Shown piece after piece: positions 12,468 through 24,841 of a stretch of DNA of 64,000 bases. A program made the position numbers and the translations under genes. The DNA lies in contig OZ116700.1 of NCBI GenBank assembly GCA_964199315.1, forward strand, positions 15,810,001-15,874,000, given 5' to 3'. Below the pieces are notes generated by a model, which did not search any database, was not told the DNA's origin, and was given only the letters and a program-made list of their open reading frames with translations. The stretch comes from Orbicella franksi. Its lineage: Eukaryota. Within the stretch, counting starts at the first letter, position 1. Each line of letters begins with the position of its first letter.

Positions 12468-13257
12468 AAGAGAAAAACACCCACGCGCAGGATAACACCA
12501 AAGATCAAAAGAAACTGCCGCGCGTTTCAGGCTTGGTCTTTCAGATCACTGTGCGCATATTAACCAGAAATTTTACATTTTTGGTTAAGAGTCGGCATAC
12601 TTCAATAGGATTACCACTGAATTTAAGCCTCCGACAAAGATTTAAGTCTGTTATCAATTTTCTCTCAGAAACAAATGTTGAAATAAAAACTAGTGAGCAG
12701 CACTATTCGTTCCATGTTATCGCAGAGACCTTACCAAGGAGGGTAAAAATGTTCATGAAGGAACTTAGCACTAAGGGGCTAACCATTTCATTACTGAGGG
12801 TGGGGGAATGTTGAAAAAATCCAGCCATAATATGTGCACTGGAAAAACATTCAGATACGTTCACAGAGCCGTAAAGAATGTTATACAAAGGAGGAAAATA
12901 TCATGCATGCACATGCCCTGAGAAAAAAAAAACTTGCGTATAAAAGGGTTTGAAAAAAAAATGCCCAAATCAAATCATTCAACCAGCCCCCTTAATAAAA
13001 AGTGAAATGGTCCGCCCCTTAATGCTCACAGTTTATTGCTTGGGGTGTGAAGAGAAAAAACACCCATGCACAGGAAAGTCAGGATATACCACCAAAGATC
13101 AAAAGAAACTGCCGCGCGTTTGAGGCTGGGTTTTCAGATCGCTGTGCGCATGAATGAAAACCAGAAATTTTACATTTTTGATTAACAGTCGGCATACTTC
13201 AATAGGATTACCACTGAATTTAAGCCTCTGACAAAGATTTAACTCTGTTATCAATTT
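12468..13257 (+). repeat. ~200-bp direct duplication (12468-12661 and 13050-13257) around a taagggg..accatt / aatggtccgcccctta MITE (about 12771-13021)
   Basis: Both copies share caccaaagatcaaaagaaactgccgcgcgttt...ataggattaccactgaatttaagcctc...tgttatcaatttt. Confidence 0.8.
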
Positions 13258-13912
13258 TAACCAATAAAGAGCTACTTCAGGTCGCTCATTTTATCTGAAT
13301 AAAATTATATCTACTGAAACTGCTTGTTAGATGTTTGTGTTTTGCCTAAACTAGATCTGTCTTAACCAAATCGGAAACGAACCAAAACGTTTGCTTTGTA
13401 ATTGTTGCCAACAGATTTAATTCTGCTTTAAACATGTTACACCTTCAGCTGAAACGACGCGTTGTGGGGTGACACACAGAAGGTTAGCGCGTGTGAAATT
13501 CACATGAAGCATTGATCATGAGATGGCTGAAGATCATCTAATATGTACGCCCCCATGCAAAGAATAACACGTATTTTAAAAATTCTCCTTCTTTTGATTA
13601 CCGCTTGTAAACTGCGCGCACGTGAACGTATTTGAGCAGCACATTGGAGGCTGGAAGTCAGCCATTCTCTTTGTGAAACTTTTTTGGTACTTTTTGTCAT
13701 TTTGTCATGATTTTTTTCATAAGCAGTATGGCAAAATAAAAACTAACTAATGTAAGCCACAACTTGAAAAAATTTCTGTCAAAGAAAATAGTCTCTGGCA
13801 ATTGTTAATTTCAACAACGTCACAGAATGATCTCCAAGGGTGACCTTGGCCAGTATATATCTCTCTTCAAGTAAGGTGGTAATATTATCTGGTACCAGAA
13901 CTCTCTTTCGTT

Positions 13913-16900
13913 ATGGCTGAGTCACGGAAGAAGAAGTGTAGGATATGTGGTTTGGCAGATGGGCACACACTCATCAATTGCCCAAACAAATGCAAGTTTT
14001 GTGGCGACTCGATTACGCGTTGCAATTGTTTAGATTCCAGTTTAGTACATGGAGTTATGGACTCTGAAACACCCGAGAAGAAGAGTGTGGACATGATGCC
14101 GAGTACCAGTAAACGAAAGGCAGGAACCGTTGATCTGGACAATTGGTAAGACATAATGTTTATACGCCAATTCGAGATGAAAAAATCAAAACAAATATGT
14201 GACCTGATTTGGGAAAACGTACCCTAACGGATATCCGTTTAACGGTTTGAAAGCGTTTTCTACCCGTTTAGTATCCGTTAAAACGGTTTCCAAAAACGTT
14301 TAAACGGTTTCTAGAAGCGTTTAATCCGTTTTTTGATCCGTTTCATAAAATTGGCAAAACGTTTTTAAAAGACCATTATCCGTTTAAACGGAAGGACAAT
14401 CCGTTTAAACGGGAGGGCAATCCATTTAAATGGAAGAACTATCCGTTTAACAGCAAACTTCTTCCGTTTTATAGAAAGTCTTAGTCCGTTTTATAGAACG
14501 GCTCGGTCCGTTTTATAGTAAGCCGTCCCAGTTTACATTGTCAGAACCAATCCCTCTGTCTTTCCTTTTGCCGTAACCATTGAGCCATAGTTTAGGAAAC
14601 AACGTACAGCAGTTGCAAATGCCACGAAACAATGTCAACAAACAGCGGCAGAAGTTATAATATTTATTACGCTGGATCGTTCGAACACTTCGTTTCACTT
14701 CGAACATTTCGTTTGTTGTTTACTTAATATTATTACTTTGCTGTCTTTTATGTACCTTTCAGATAATTGTAAGACTAAAACAAAGAGTGAATCTTTTTCA
14801 AAGTTGAAGGTTTCGCTTTCTATGCCTATCTTATCGCAGTCACTTTATTCCTGGTTTATTTATTTTATCAATCAATTCGGCAAGCAAAACACACTTCAAA
14901 TTTGCATACTGTAATTTCACTTTTTCCTAGAAAATCGCTTCTAGGAAAAAAGCTTCCAGTTTTGTTTATCATTGTTCTGAGCATCAACAGAAACACATGG
15001 TTATTGCTCGCAGACAATACTATCAGCTCTCATTTGAATATTCCATCCAGCGTGACTTGTAGCACAACAAGAATTTGTAATCACTGTGATTTGCTTCACT
15101 GAATTGAATACCTCACAGCTATTTTAGCTTACCTTGATGTATTGAGTAAAGATCTCATTTCTAAAAGCTCCCCGCAATCTCTTGTTTGGTGTTGAAACTC
15201 TTTAAAAAGCAGAATAAACTCTGATTGTTGACATAACGCAATTTTGTTGCGATCATCTGCTGGCACGCGCGCGAACTTCTGTTTGGTTAGTGACCAATTA
15301 GAAGCCGTGATTTGATCATCGATGACGCGTTGGGTTTATTTTCAGTCTGGTCGGTATTAGGCTCGATTTAAGTGTCCATGTAAAACTAAAGGGAACCTAT
15401 ACTAACATAATAAGGATGTGTATGGGAGTTAAAAGTTTTAAAAGAGATGAGTATAAAATATTGCCGGGAAAAAACGTATAACCTCTAGCTCTCTCTGGTG
15501 GAATATTTTGTTTTATTTCCGTGGCAACCAACGACCAATCATCGCACACACTATTAACGGAAACCGCTGATCATGGACACAGCAGCTAATATGGCGTGTT
15601 ACATGGCGACGTGAAAATTATTGCCGTCTTCGCCTTCTTCGCGGTCTCCGCAGGCTTATTCTCTTTGGACACAGACCAAACGGAAACATTGAGGGAATCT
15701 AAACCACTTTTTTATAAGCGATGTATCCTTTATTGAAGCGAAGTTTTGCCTTCGAACCAGCCATTTGTTCGATCACTGTACTGGCTCAGCTGGACTGGCG
15801 ATGTGATTACATAATTTCTCAGGCGATCAAAAATAAAGAAGGAAGGTATATTTTAATGGCATTTGTTCTGTTGACTCGAAATCAATTTCTTCTAATCTTG
15901 ACTTGGACTCGCTAACTGTAAGGATAAAGCAGACGGCGCGGTAAGACAATTTTCATGTGGCAATTTGCAATGAATGGAGCAAAATAATCTTGTCATGTCC
16001 ACGACATTAATACGCACTTAGTGTAGAAATTATTTTACGTTTGAATGTTGTTCATTTCTACCGTTTCAAGAAAACGTTTGATTGAAGCGACCAACTGTTT
16101 AATTATGTCTCTGTCCGTTTAAACGTTTTGTTGACGTTTTTACGCATCCGTTCGAACGGTTTAGGAAACCGTTTTATGATTTGAGGAAATTGTTTAATTA
16201 TTTTGCTCATCCGTTTAAACGGTTGCTCAAACCGTTTTAACGGTTTGAGCAACCATTTAAACGCTTTTGATGGCCGTTTTCTATCTGTTTGTTTACCGTT
16301 TTTTCAGGCCGTTAAACGGATATCCGTTAGTGTATGTTTTCCCAAATCAGGTCACATATTTTAAAGCTAGTCACCTTATTAGTATGATGATTTAGCGTCA
16401 AGGTTATTTAGATTTAAACAGACTAAAGAATATATGTATATATCGAAAATAGATAACAAACAAACTTGAAACAAAACAAATCAGTTACAAAGGACCGTTC
16501 AGATAATCAATGGATATCCGTTCAAACAGGCATTTGTGATTTAACTACTTTGTATCATTTGTTTACAGTGTAGAGGAAACCAATAAAGCCACCCGCGAGA
16601 AGATAGAGAAGACAAGTATGGCCAAAAAGTTCAAAGATATTCAAAGTGACCTCGCAGCTGCCCGAGAATGGATTCGGCAATCCGATGAACTGTACAAAAA
16701 GAGGGAGGCCGAGTATCAAGCTACCATAGCAGCAATGCAACAAAGAATTGAGGAGCTAGAAGGTACGCAAAAACAATTATCGCAAATGTATGTTTCCGTC
16801 GCTTTTTGTCAATTTTGTGTACGCAAACCGTGGAAGGGTGAATGACCAGGATGGTAGGAGCGCGAAACGCACAGAAATTAACTACACTCTATTTTTCACA

Positions 16901-18941
16901 AAATTATAACAAATCGACAAAATATAGACGTTCTCTAACTCTCAGCCTTGGGTATGTTCTTAGCATGTTCTTAAAATTTTGGTAAATCTCAGTTTCAACG
17001 TTTTTATAAAAAAAGGTTCTTATATAAGGGCGTATGTTCTTCAGGTTTTTTACCGTTCACCCTCAGGGGTGTCTCACGTCGAAACGATGTAGTACACCTG
17101 GGTTAAACTACAGATACCTCAAACCCTATAACAAATTGAAGTTTTAAGAGCTGCCTGTTTAAATATGCCATCCTTTTTGCAAGAAATTGATCTGTAGAAT
17201 TTTTCATAATGTCTAAAGGCAAGCGTTTGATTTGGCTTTTGAACGCTATGACTCAAAGCCAATTTTGTATTTCACTAATTTGATTTGATCCCGGGTTTCC
17301 GGACTTAAAGCGCTAAAAAACAGTGTCTGCGTTTTATCATATTGGACTCAAGTGAAAAGTAACAGAACATTTTCGAAAAGAGCCGAAAAAAATGTTGGAT
17401 TGGTCACACACTGATGTATCTCTAAGAAAAAGTTTTGAGAATTAACAATTGCAGACAGGGTTTTGTTGTTTAAGACGGTCTCCGCGGAACATTTGAGCAA
17501 TAAAGGCACAAATAAAGATACCAGAAAGAACTTGTAACATGTTAACAGTCTGAATATAGTTTTAGAAGAACTTATCGAAACTTTAGCTAACCCTAACCCT
17601 AACTCCGTGTAAAATCTCCACCGTTCTTGTTACTTTTTTGCGGGGGATCGTTTGCGTGTAGAAACAATCTACAATCGATATTTAGTGAACAATAAATGTT
17701 AGGGATTATTTGAGGCGCGGCCTTGGAAGAATGAAGCTTAAGTCAGTCCAGAGACACGAGTACGGTTAAGTTAGCATTTGCTTAATATATTTGTATTTGG
17801 CTATGTAGGGGCGTGGGCGACTTTTCCGGGCAAAGACGGAGACGTTGAGGACGAAGATACCGACGAAGGTACCGAATTGAGTGAAACCAGAGATGAGGAA
17901 CCAAACCCCGAGGAGCCAAAAAAAGACAAGGACTCAAAGAATCACCGAGGTTTGTTGGAAATACATTGCCTCCTTAACTTTACTATCGCAGATCGTCACA
18001 GATAACAAAAAATCTAGAGAAAAGAGACGTAGGCGGTAGGGAACGTTTAAGATAGTACGTCTCTTACAATAGGGCAGCAAAGGGGCGGGGGAGGTCATGG
18101 TCACACACAAATTTTAACGAAACTCACATGTCATGTTTACTTGAAACAGCAGATTATGTCAAAAATTAACGAATTCCGTTTCTGTTCTCGCTATTTTCAC
18201 ACGTCACTCTAATTTTTGCCCTTATCACGCGTCACGCATAAACCTCTGCTACCCTCTTACAAGTTATCTGAAAATTTTCTACGAACTATTGCCGGACGAC
18301 TATTTTAAACTCCTCAAATATAAAATACTAGAAAGTTTATGTGAAAAGTGATAAGGTTTGGTAATACCGCTTAGGACTTTCTAACTCGCTATCGCGCAAT
18401 ATCGCCTGAATGTAAACGAGTAAGTATACGATCGCGGCTGCTAATTCTAGAAGAAAACTGATGTACATGATAATTTGACAAATATCTGCCAAACATATCA
18501 TTTAGTGTAGGTGAAGTTTCAATATTTCATAAATTGGGGAAACGAATGGTAATGAATTCTGAATTAGGACTTTTTCTTTCTAATATTCCAGGATTGGTCA
18601 CAGGATCCAATTTGCAAGGGATCCACGACAGATATCTAGGCGTTCTCCAAATAATGAAAGATAACCAGTGCTCCCTTGCGGAGGCCATGCGACATTTCGG
18701 TGTCCCTCAAAACACCCTCAGGGACTTTATTGGCATCTGCTAATTAAGGGTCGTAGACGAAGAAAAGTACGAGAGGGTGGTCCAATCTGTTACGGAAAGG
18801 ACGGGTAAGACGTCAGTAAAATTAATCGAATCAAAATGCAGGGAAGCGCTAAGTGATTATCGCGCCCAATCAAATAGGTTAAAAAACGAGGGAAAGCTTC
18901 TCCCTTTTTACCCAAAGGATGATTTTTATTTGGGGAAATAA
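13913..18941 (+). pseudogene. 4-exon cargo gene (~305 aa): Cys/His-rich N-terminus, coiled coil, acidic linker, HTH-like C-terminal domain; join(13913-14145, 16569-16762, 17809-17949, 18592-18941)
   Basis: All introns are GT-AG with compatible phases (2,1,1). CRICGLADGHTLINCPNKCKFC...CNC; heptads AAMQQRIEELE; AMRHFGVPQNTLRDF. One in-frame TAA at 18741-18743, which is GAA in the duplicate at 19928-20215. Confidence 0.7.
14195..16360. mobile_element. 2.2-kb non-autonomous TIR element in intron 1 of the cargo gene
   Basis: TIR atatgtgacctgatttgggaaaac..taacggatatccgtttaacgg with ccgtttaaacgg subterminal repeats at both ends. TSD ambiguous (TA or ATAT). A related solo end lies at about 24345-24380. 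Confidence 0.75.
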
Positions 18942-19884
18942 TTTTTAAAAAATAATTAAACTAATTCATCAATTATCTTCTTTTACCGTATTTACTCTAT
19001 CAAGCTCCACGTTTTATTCATTTTGTGCTTTTTTGGTGCGGGACGCTCATTAGAGAGGGGAGCTTATTCAACAACCGTATACTTCTTAAAAAAACATTTA
19101 TAGATAAGGAATTGATAACAATACCCTTTTCAAACTGAAAAAGACTGTACTGTAGTTTGCGCAAATAAGTGCCTCAATATTACATGCGGCACTTATTCTG
19201 GGTGGGCTCGAACGAGTAAATACGGTAATCTTAATGATTATTTACTTCCATTGATGTTTCTATTGTTTCAGTTTTATTCATTTTTTTCTCTTTGGTTATG
19301 ACCCCTGGAACGTCTGTTGTTATTAGGTGTTACTCGAATTCTTCGACGCTTTTCGGTGTTCAGTAGATGATAATGCTCGACCTTTTGAGCTTGAAATCAT
19401 ACACAATTATTGCCTTGGCAACGTCCGGAAGTCAAACTGGTTATATTTTGATCTTTGTACCCATTCGATTTTATTCATTTCTTTACATTTTTCAATTTTT
19501 GTGATCAAAAAAATCAATGATAAGATGAAGGTACTTCTGACCCTTACCATGACAACTTTTAAGAATTTGAACGATTATTTATATATGCTAAGAAGACTGG
19601 AATACACATCCAAAATAAGATAAACAAGAGACATGACAGAATAAGCATAAGGTTGATAATTCCTGAGATATTTTAAAGGAATGACCGTTTGACCTCTCCC
19701 GGCAAAGCTATGGCATTGAACGTTAAGGCGCATTAATAAATGTTCATTAAATTTTAAAAGGATCCTAGTTAACCATGATGTATTGCGCGTATGTACCTAG
19801 AAATCTGCCATTTTCAGTTGCATTATCTTTGGGTTTTTATTTTACTTGCGGTTCTCCATCTTCGTGAATCCAAGTAGGTTTATC

Positions 19885-20280
19885 TTATGCGGGAATTCAC
19901 GACAGGTTTTTAGGTGTTCTCGAAATAATGAAAGATAACCAGTGCTCCTTCGCGGGGGCCATGCGACGTTTCGGTGTCCGTCAAAACACCCTCAGGGACT
20001 TCATTGGCATCTGCGAATTAAGGGTCGTCAACGAAGAAAAGTACGAGAGGGTGGTCCAATCTGTTACGGAAAGGACGGGTAAGACGTCGGTAAAATTAAA
20101 CGAATCAAAATGCAGGGAAGCGCTCAGTGATTATCGCGCCCAGTCAAATAGGTTAAAAAGCGAGGGAAAGCTTCTCCCTTTTTACCCACAGGATGATTTT
20201 TATTTGGGAAAATAATTAAAAATAATAATAATTCATCAATTATCTTCATTTACCCTATTAAGCTCCACGTTTTATTCTAT
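19885..20280 (+). repeat. Duplicate of the cargo gene's last exon and 3' flank
   Basis: ORF 19928-20215 is near-identical in protein to 18652-18941. It lacks the splice acceptor and has no internal stop. Confidence 0.9.
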
Positions 20281-23164
20281 ACTTTAGCAATGTGCTATTA
20301 ACAGATTAAAATTTTGGCTAGTAATTGCAGTTATGAATTAGAGTAAAAAGGTCTTATTTAATATGTGCCAAGAAATGTTTTAGATCACTAAGTTTTGGAA
20401 GACTTTTGATTTGTTGTTACTTTACTTTATGTTTAGTTTTTAGGCTTTAAATGTAGATCATCGTAATAACAGAATGCTATGTAATAAGTTTGTTGCACTT
20501 TTTTTGAAAACAAAAAAGAGTAACCAAAAATTACTGCTTTTGGAACGAAATTCGTAGCTATTAGTAAACTGTTGATAATTATTATTTACACATCCAATTT
20601 TATATTGTACAAAACTATAACAAATGATGAAATAAATTTAATGATTGAAAGATGTGAAGCAATGCGAAGCAATTATTATCTTAATCACCATTATCATCAT
20701 TATTTTTAATGGACGGAAATTAGAAAATTGAATGGGAGAGGGGGAGGAGAGGGCTAAGGTGGATTTGCGAGCTGCAAGCAATTTTTTGTTTTGCGTCATT
20801 TTTCCTACAGAGGAATGTTTTCGGGAAAACCCTGACACCTCCTTAGAAGAAAAAACAAACAATTTTACCGTGCTAATCTCTTGGCGCGAGAGTAGTTGCC
20901 TCTCCATCCACTCAAATTAAATAGCTCAGTTTTACCACTCGAAATATCTTGCCTTTGGAAAGAAAGCCAATTAAAATTTCGTTAAAATACATGCTTTCAA
21001 AAACCATTTCCATTTGAATTTCGTAATATAATTTTTTTTCGGATGACATTGTTTTGCTCAATAATTCATTTCTTTTTCCACATTTCCACGCTCTTGGTGC
21101 AATTCTCATAGCCGTGTTTATTGTGACGCACAAATCGTGCAGCACCTATAATTCGTGCTTGCAAAACCCTCTCCTCCGCAGAGGCTTATTTGTGCCACTA
21201 AGAGGCTGGGAGAGAGAAAACAAAGCGCAGTCGCCTTTCTTTAAAGGGGGAACTGGTGGGAGGCTCTGCGGAATAAAGAAGGGAGAGGTTTAAACAAGAG
21301 ATATATAGGTTGAATTTACTTGAAAAAGATATATAGAAAATAAATCAATTAACAATATATTGAAAAAGATATGTTGGTTGAATAAACTTGAAAAACTGGG
21401 TAGGGTAAATGACCAAGCACTTAGGTATGACATGTATTTATAACAAAGACCCTTCCGTAAGAAAGACTGCTCAATTTGATTGGTTTACTTAACACATTAA
21501 ACGGGTCGTCTCACCCAAGATATGTTAATTACGCTAGACAGATGTTTTCAAAAGAAGACAAGAAGACACTCACCATTATATCTAATTGAAGAAAAGTTGT
21601 TGTACAAGAGTGTAAGACCGTATGCTACAATACCGAAAGGTTGTGTGGGTAACGGTTGTTTGCCCTTGCTTGATCGAAGCTCACAGTTTTAGCCAGAAGG
21701 AAGGAGAATCCATGAACATGCGTGCTCATGCTATCTCCCTCTATTGCGTAAAGCAACGAGAACTTCGACCAAGCAGTGCTAGGGAAAATTCAATTGACTA
21801 TAACTTGACAAAACTTTGTTTTTATTCAACCAAATTTAGCAATAGTTTTAGTGTGTAGGTGCAAAGTAGTTGATGACGTCTCGGGACACGCCCAATATGT
21901 AACGTGACCCAGAACAAAATACTGAGTTTTACGCAAAAAACTTACAGTTTTATCCTTAGTTTGTAGTATCATGTCAACTCTTACGTTAATCTTAAGAATT
22001 ATAAGCATGCGTTTTCCGTTAGCATGAAATATTGAAAATAAGGACAAAAATTGTTCCCTGCTGACCACCTTCTTGAATGCAATTTCTACACTTTTTTTAG
22101 ATTTTAATAAAACGCTTACCTACGTTTCAAGAAAAATGTATTTTTTTTCGATTTAGGCTTTTTTCTTCCCAAGAAAAGTAGGAATTTTCGTCAGCACCTG
22201 AAGTAAAACTGAATGTTGACTGATTGGTTGAAAGCATCGTAATTGGCATTGCTGCAGTAAGTTGGCTTCCTCATTGCTCACATACGCTTCGATACATTTT
22301 TGGATGCGGCAAACTTTAATTACATCTTGCTTGTTTTCGAACAGCTTTAACAACGCTTACTGTAAGTCACTATAAACTGCGTAAGATATTATCTTGCCTT
22401 TGTGTCTTACAGCAGTTTTCTTATGTCCTTTGTTCAATTTAAGTATGCTTTAATTTTTGCCCATGGCTTTCATAGACTTCTGCAGTGAGCTGAAGGGGAA
22501 ACCGCTCAAAACACGACCCGGTATAGAGCGATTTTCGCTTGACTTTGAAAAACAGTTTCCAGTTGTTAGCATGTTTTCTAATACATCGACAAAAGATGCA
22601 TAACTTCAAAGTTCTTAAAGTTTTGTTTCCTTGCTGAATTTAAAATTAGATGATTACCCGGTATGTTGAAAAGTTGTTTCATTCGCCAATAGTTTTTGAG
22701 TTCAGAACAAACTGATTTCTCGCTGAAGGCGCCTTGTAGCGCACCTAATATGGAAATGGTATGGTATTGTTGGAAAGACCAATCAAAATTGCCGTAAACT
22801 GGTGACGCTTACAAGAGAATATGGGAAGAACAGCTGAAAGGAAGCTAATGATTGGGATATTTCATTTGGATATTTTCGATGGATTAGTCTGCAATTTTTG
22901 CATCTGGTATGCCGCACCAAATTTATACATTCTCTCTTTCTGGTTTTCTCTCCAGTCTGGCATTTCTCTGGCCAGTTTTTATCGCTCGAAGTTGCAAGAA
23001 ATTAGAAAATCACTTGTATTAGTTTGCTGAAATGCGTTGCGTGTTCGCTGTCGTATCTGTTCGATAAACGAAACAAAATGCAGGATTTTTTTTCGTTTGT
23101 TATTCGCATTCTGTTTGCTCTTTATCGACAGACGGGGATACTTAATTTAAATAATAATGACACG

Positions 23165-23510
23165 GCGGAAAGTATCGGTCAAGTGTCGGTCATGTATCGG
23201 TCAAGTGTCGATCAAGTGTCGGTTAAGTATCGGTGAAGTGTCGGTCAATTGTCGGTCAAATATTGGTGAAGTATCGGTCAAGTATCAGTCAAGTATCGGT
23301 CATGTATCAGTCATGTATCGGTCGAGTATCGATGGACTAAGACTATATCGGTCGACATATTTATCGGTCGACAGTCGACCGATATATCGGTCGACTATCG
23401 ACCGATATATCGGTCCACTGTCGGCCGACTATCGGTCGACTATCGACCGATATATCGGTCGACTATCGGTCAACTATCGGTCGACTGTCAACCGATATAT
23501 CAACCGAGTC
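23165..23510. repeat. Right subterminal CpG-rich array
   Basis: aagtatcggtc and gtcgaccgatatatcg units inside the right TIR. Confidence 0.9.
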
Positions 23511-24803
23511 CACCTATAGTACACAAGATCCAAAAACGTTTGTAAGGTAATTCACTTGCTGCTTTCGGGTGGGCCGCTACTTTTGGGTGGGCCGTTACTT
23601 TCCGGGTTCAATAGGAAAGTAAAAAATTAACGTTACCTTCGGGGAGCCGTTATTTTTTGGGGGACCGTTACTTTCGGAATTCTACAGTATATCGAAAATT
23701 TGTTTCCTGGGCGATTAGTTACCCTGACTTGTTCCCCGTCGTCTCGATCTCCTTACACTTCTCTCCTTTCTCAGTCCACATGTGTCTCTCACGTCTCAAG
23801 AGAGACGACTTCGTTACCTACTGTGGAGTTAAATCTACAAGTAAAATACCTTAACGCTTATCCGTTAACAGATAATTGACGGACAGTTAATGGCCTTTAA
23901 AGAACAAATCATTCGGTAGATTTCAGACTTCACCGCCGAATAAAAACTTTCGTGGTGGACAGATTTTTGTCACATGCTAAGCAACGACTTAAGCAAGTTA
24001 CTCAAATTTCATTTGTGATCAATAAAGGCGTGTTTTGGTGAACTATTTTTATGCTTCTGACGTTCAGAATATTTCGGTTTATAATTATATTGATCCGATA
24101 TATAACAGAAACTATTATCGGTTTGCTCTGAATTTGATACTGGGTTTGCAATCAATGTAACGTTTATGACAAGATAAAAACAAACTACAGAATGCAAATC
24201 AGTTGGGTGTATGGATGTCCTGGAGTCCCAGATATGCTAATCGGGCCAATGTGCGCGTGTGTTAGAAACAACTTGACGAATGAATAAGCGAAATGTTTTG
24301 TTTTGGTATCTTCAAACGGTTTCGCCCATTAAACGGATTGGTGTTAAAATATGTTTTCCCGTGTACGGTCACATATTTCTTTGAATAGTTCACTCGGAAG
24401 CCCAGGCCAGGCCTAACTTAAGGTAAATGTATTGGGGCTTTGTTTACTTAAAACAAACAAAGGGCCAAAGATAAATTTAGCAAATGGTGATTATTGTCAA
24501 CGCAGAGGTTTCACTGGTTTTGACTGGTCCTTTTAATGATAAATTCTCCTTAATAGAGAGAGACTAATAAATTATCAAACAGGTATTAAATCATATATGG
24601 CCTGTGAAAGAGAAGAGGAAAACTATATTAATGGCAGTTTAAAGGTCAAACGAGAACTGCATTGACTTACAAGTGAACTTTCGTCAAGATACACTTAAGA
24701 GCATCCAGAACTTTTCTTTATCCAGTTATTATTTACTCAATATATGAGCCTAGTAAGTACTCACTAGTGACACAATGATCACGCGTAACATCGAGAGTTT
24801 TTT

Positions 24804-24841
24804 CAACTGATGAAGGCTTAAGAGTTAGCCGAAACGTCTTG
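24804..24841 (+). ncRNA. Minimal type-I hammerhead ribozyme motif, probably in a Penelope-like terminal fragment
   Basis: CAA-CTGATGA-A-GGCT(taagagtt)AGCC-GAAAC-GTC-TTG: catalytic core, stem II GGCT/AGCC, stem I CAA/TTG, palindromic minimal stem III. Confidence 0.65.

Larger units (their letters stand above)
3986..23531. mobile_element. Giant (19,546 bp) TIR DNA transposon, Merlin-like, with cargo gene
   Basis: TIRs ggatcatgtgtactataggtggacttggtcgatatatcg and revcomp ggatcttgtgtactataggtggactcggttgatatatcg match at 36/39. Perfect 8-bp TSD aaaaacgt at 3978-3985 and 23532-23539. It splits a MITE and contains a Merlin-type transposase. Confidence 0.85.
3880..23687. mobile_element. ~254-bp Tc1/mariner-type MITE split in two (3880-3985 and 23540-23687) by the giant element
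   Basis: ta|ccatagaattccaatagtaacagcccc at left and ggggaccgttactttcggaattctacag|ta at right are inverted termini flanked by TA. Both halves share ccgttactttcgg-type internal repeats. Confidence 0.7.

Noticed and set aside
23157-23519. ORFs over CpG-rich arrays (also 3991-4188, 4350-4547, 37098-37565 in part, 38885-39000)
   Set aside because: Low-complexity translations of tandem repeats.
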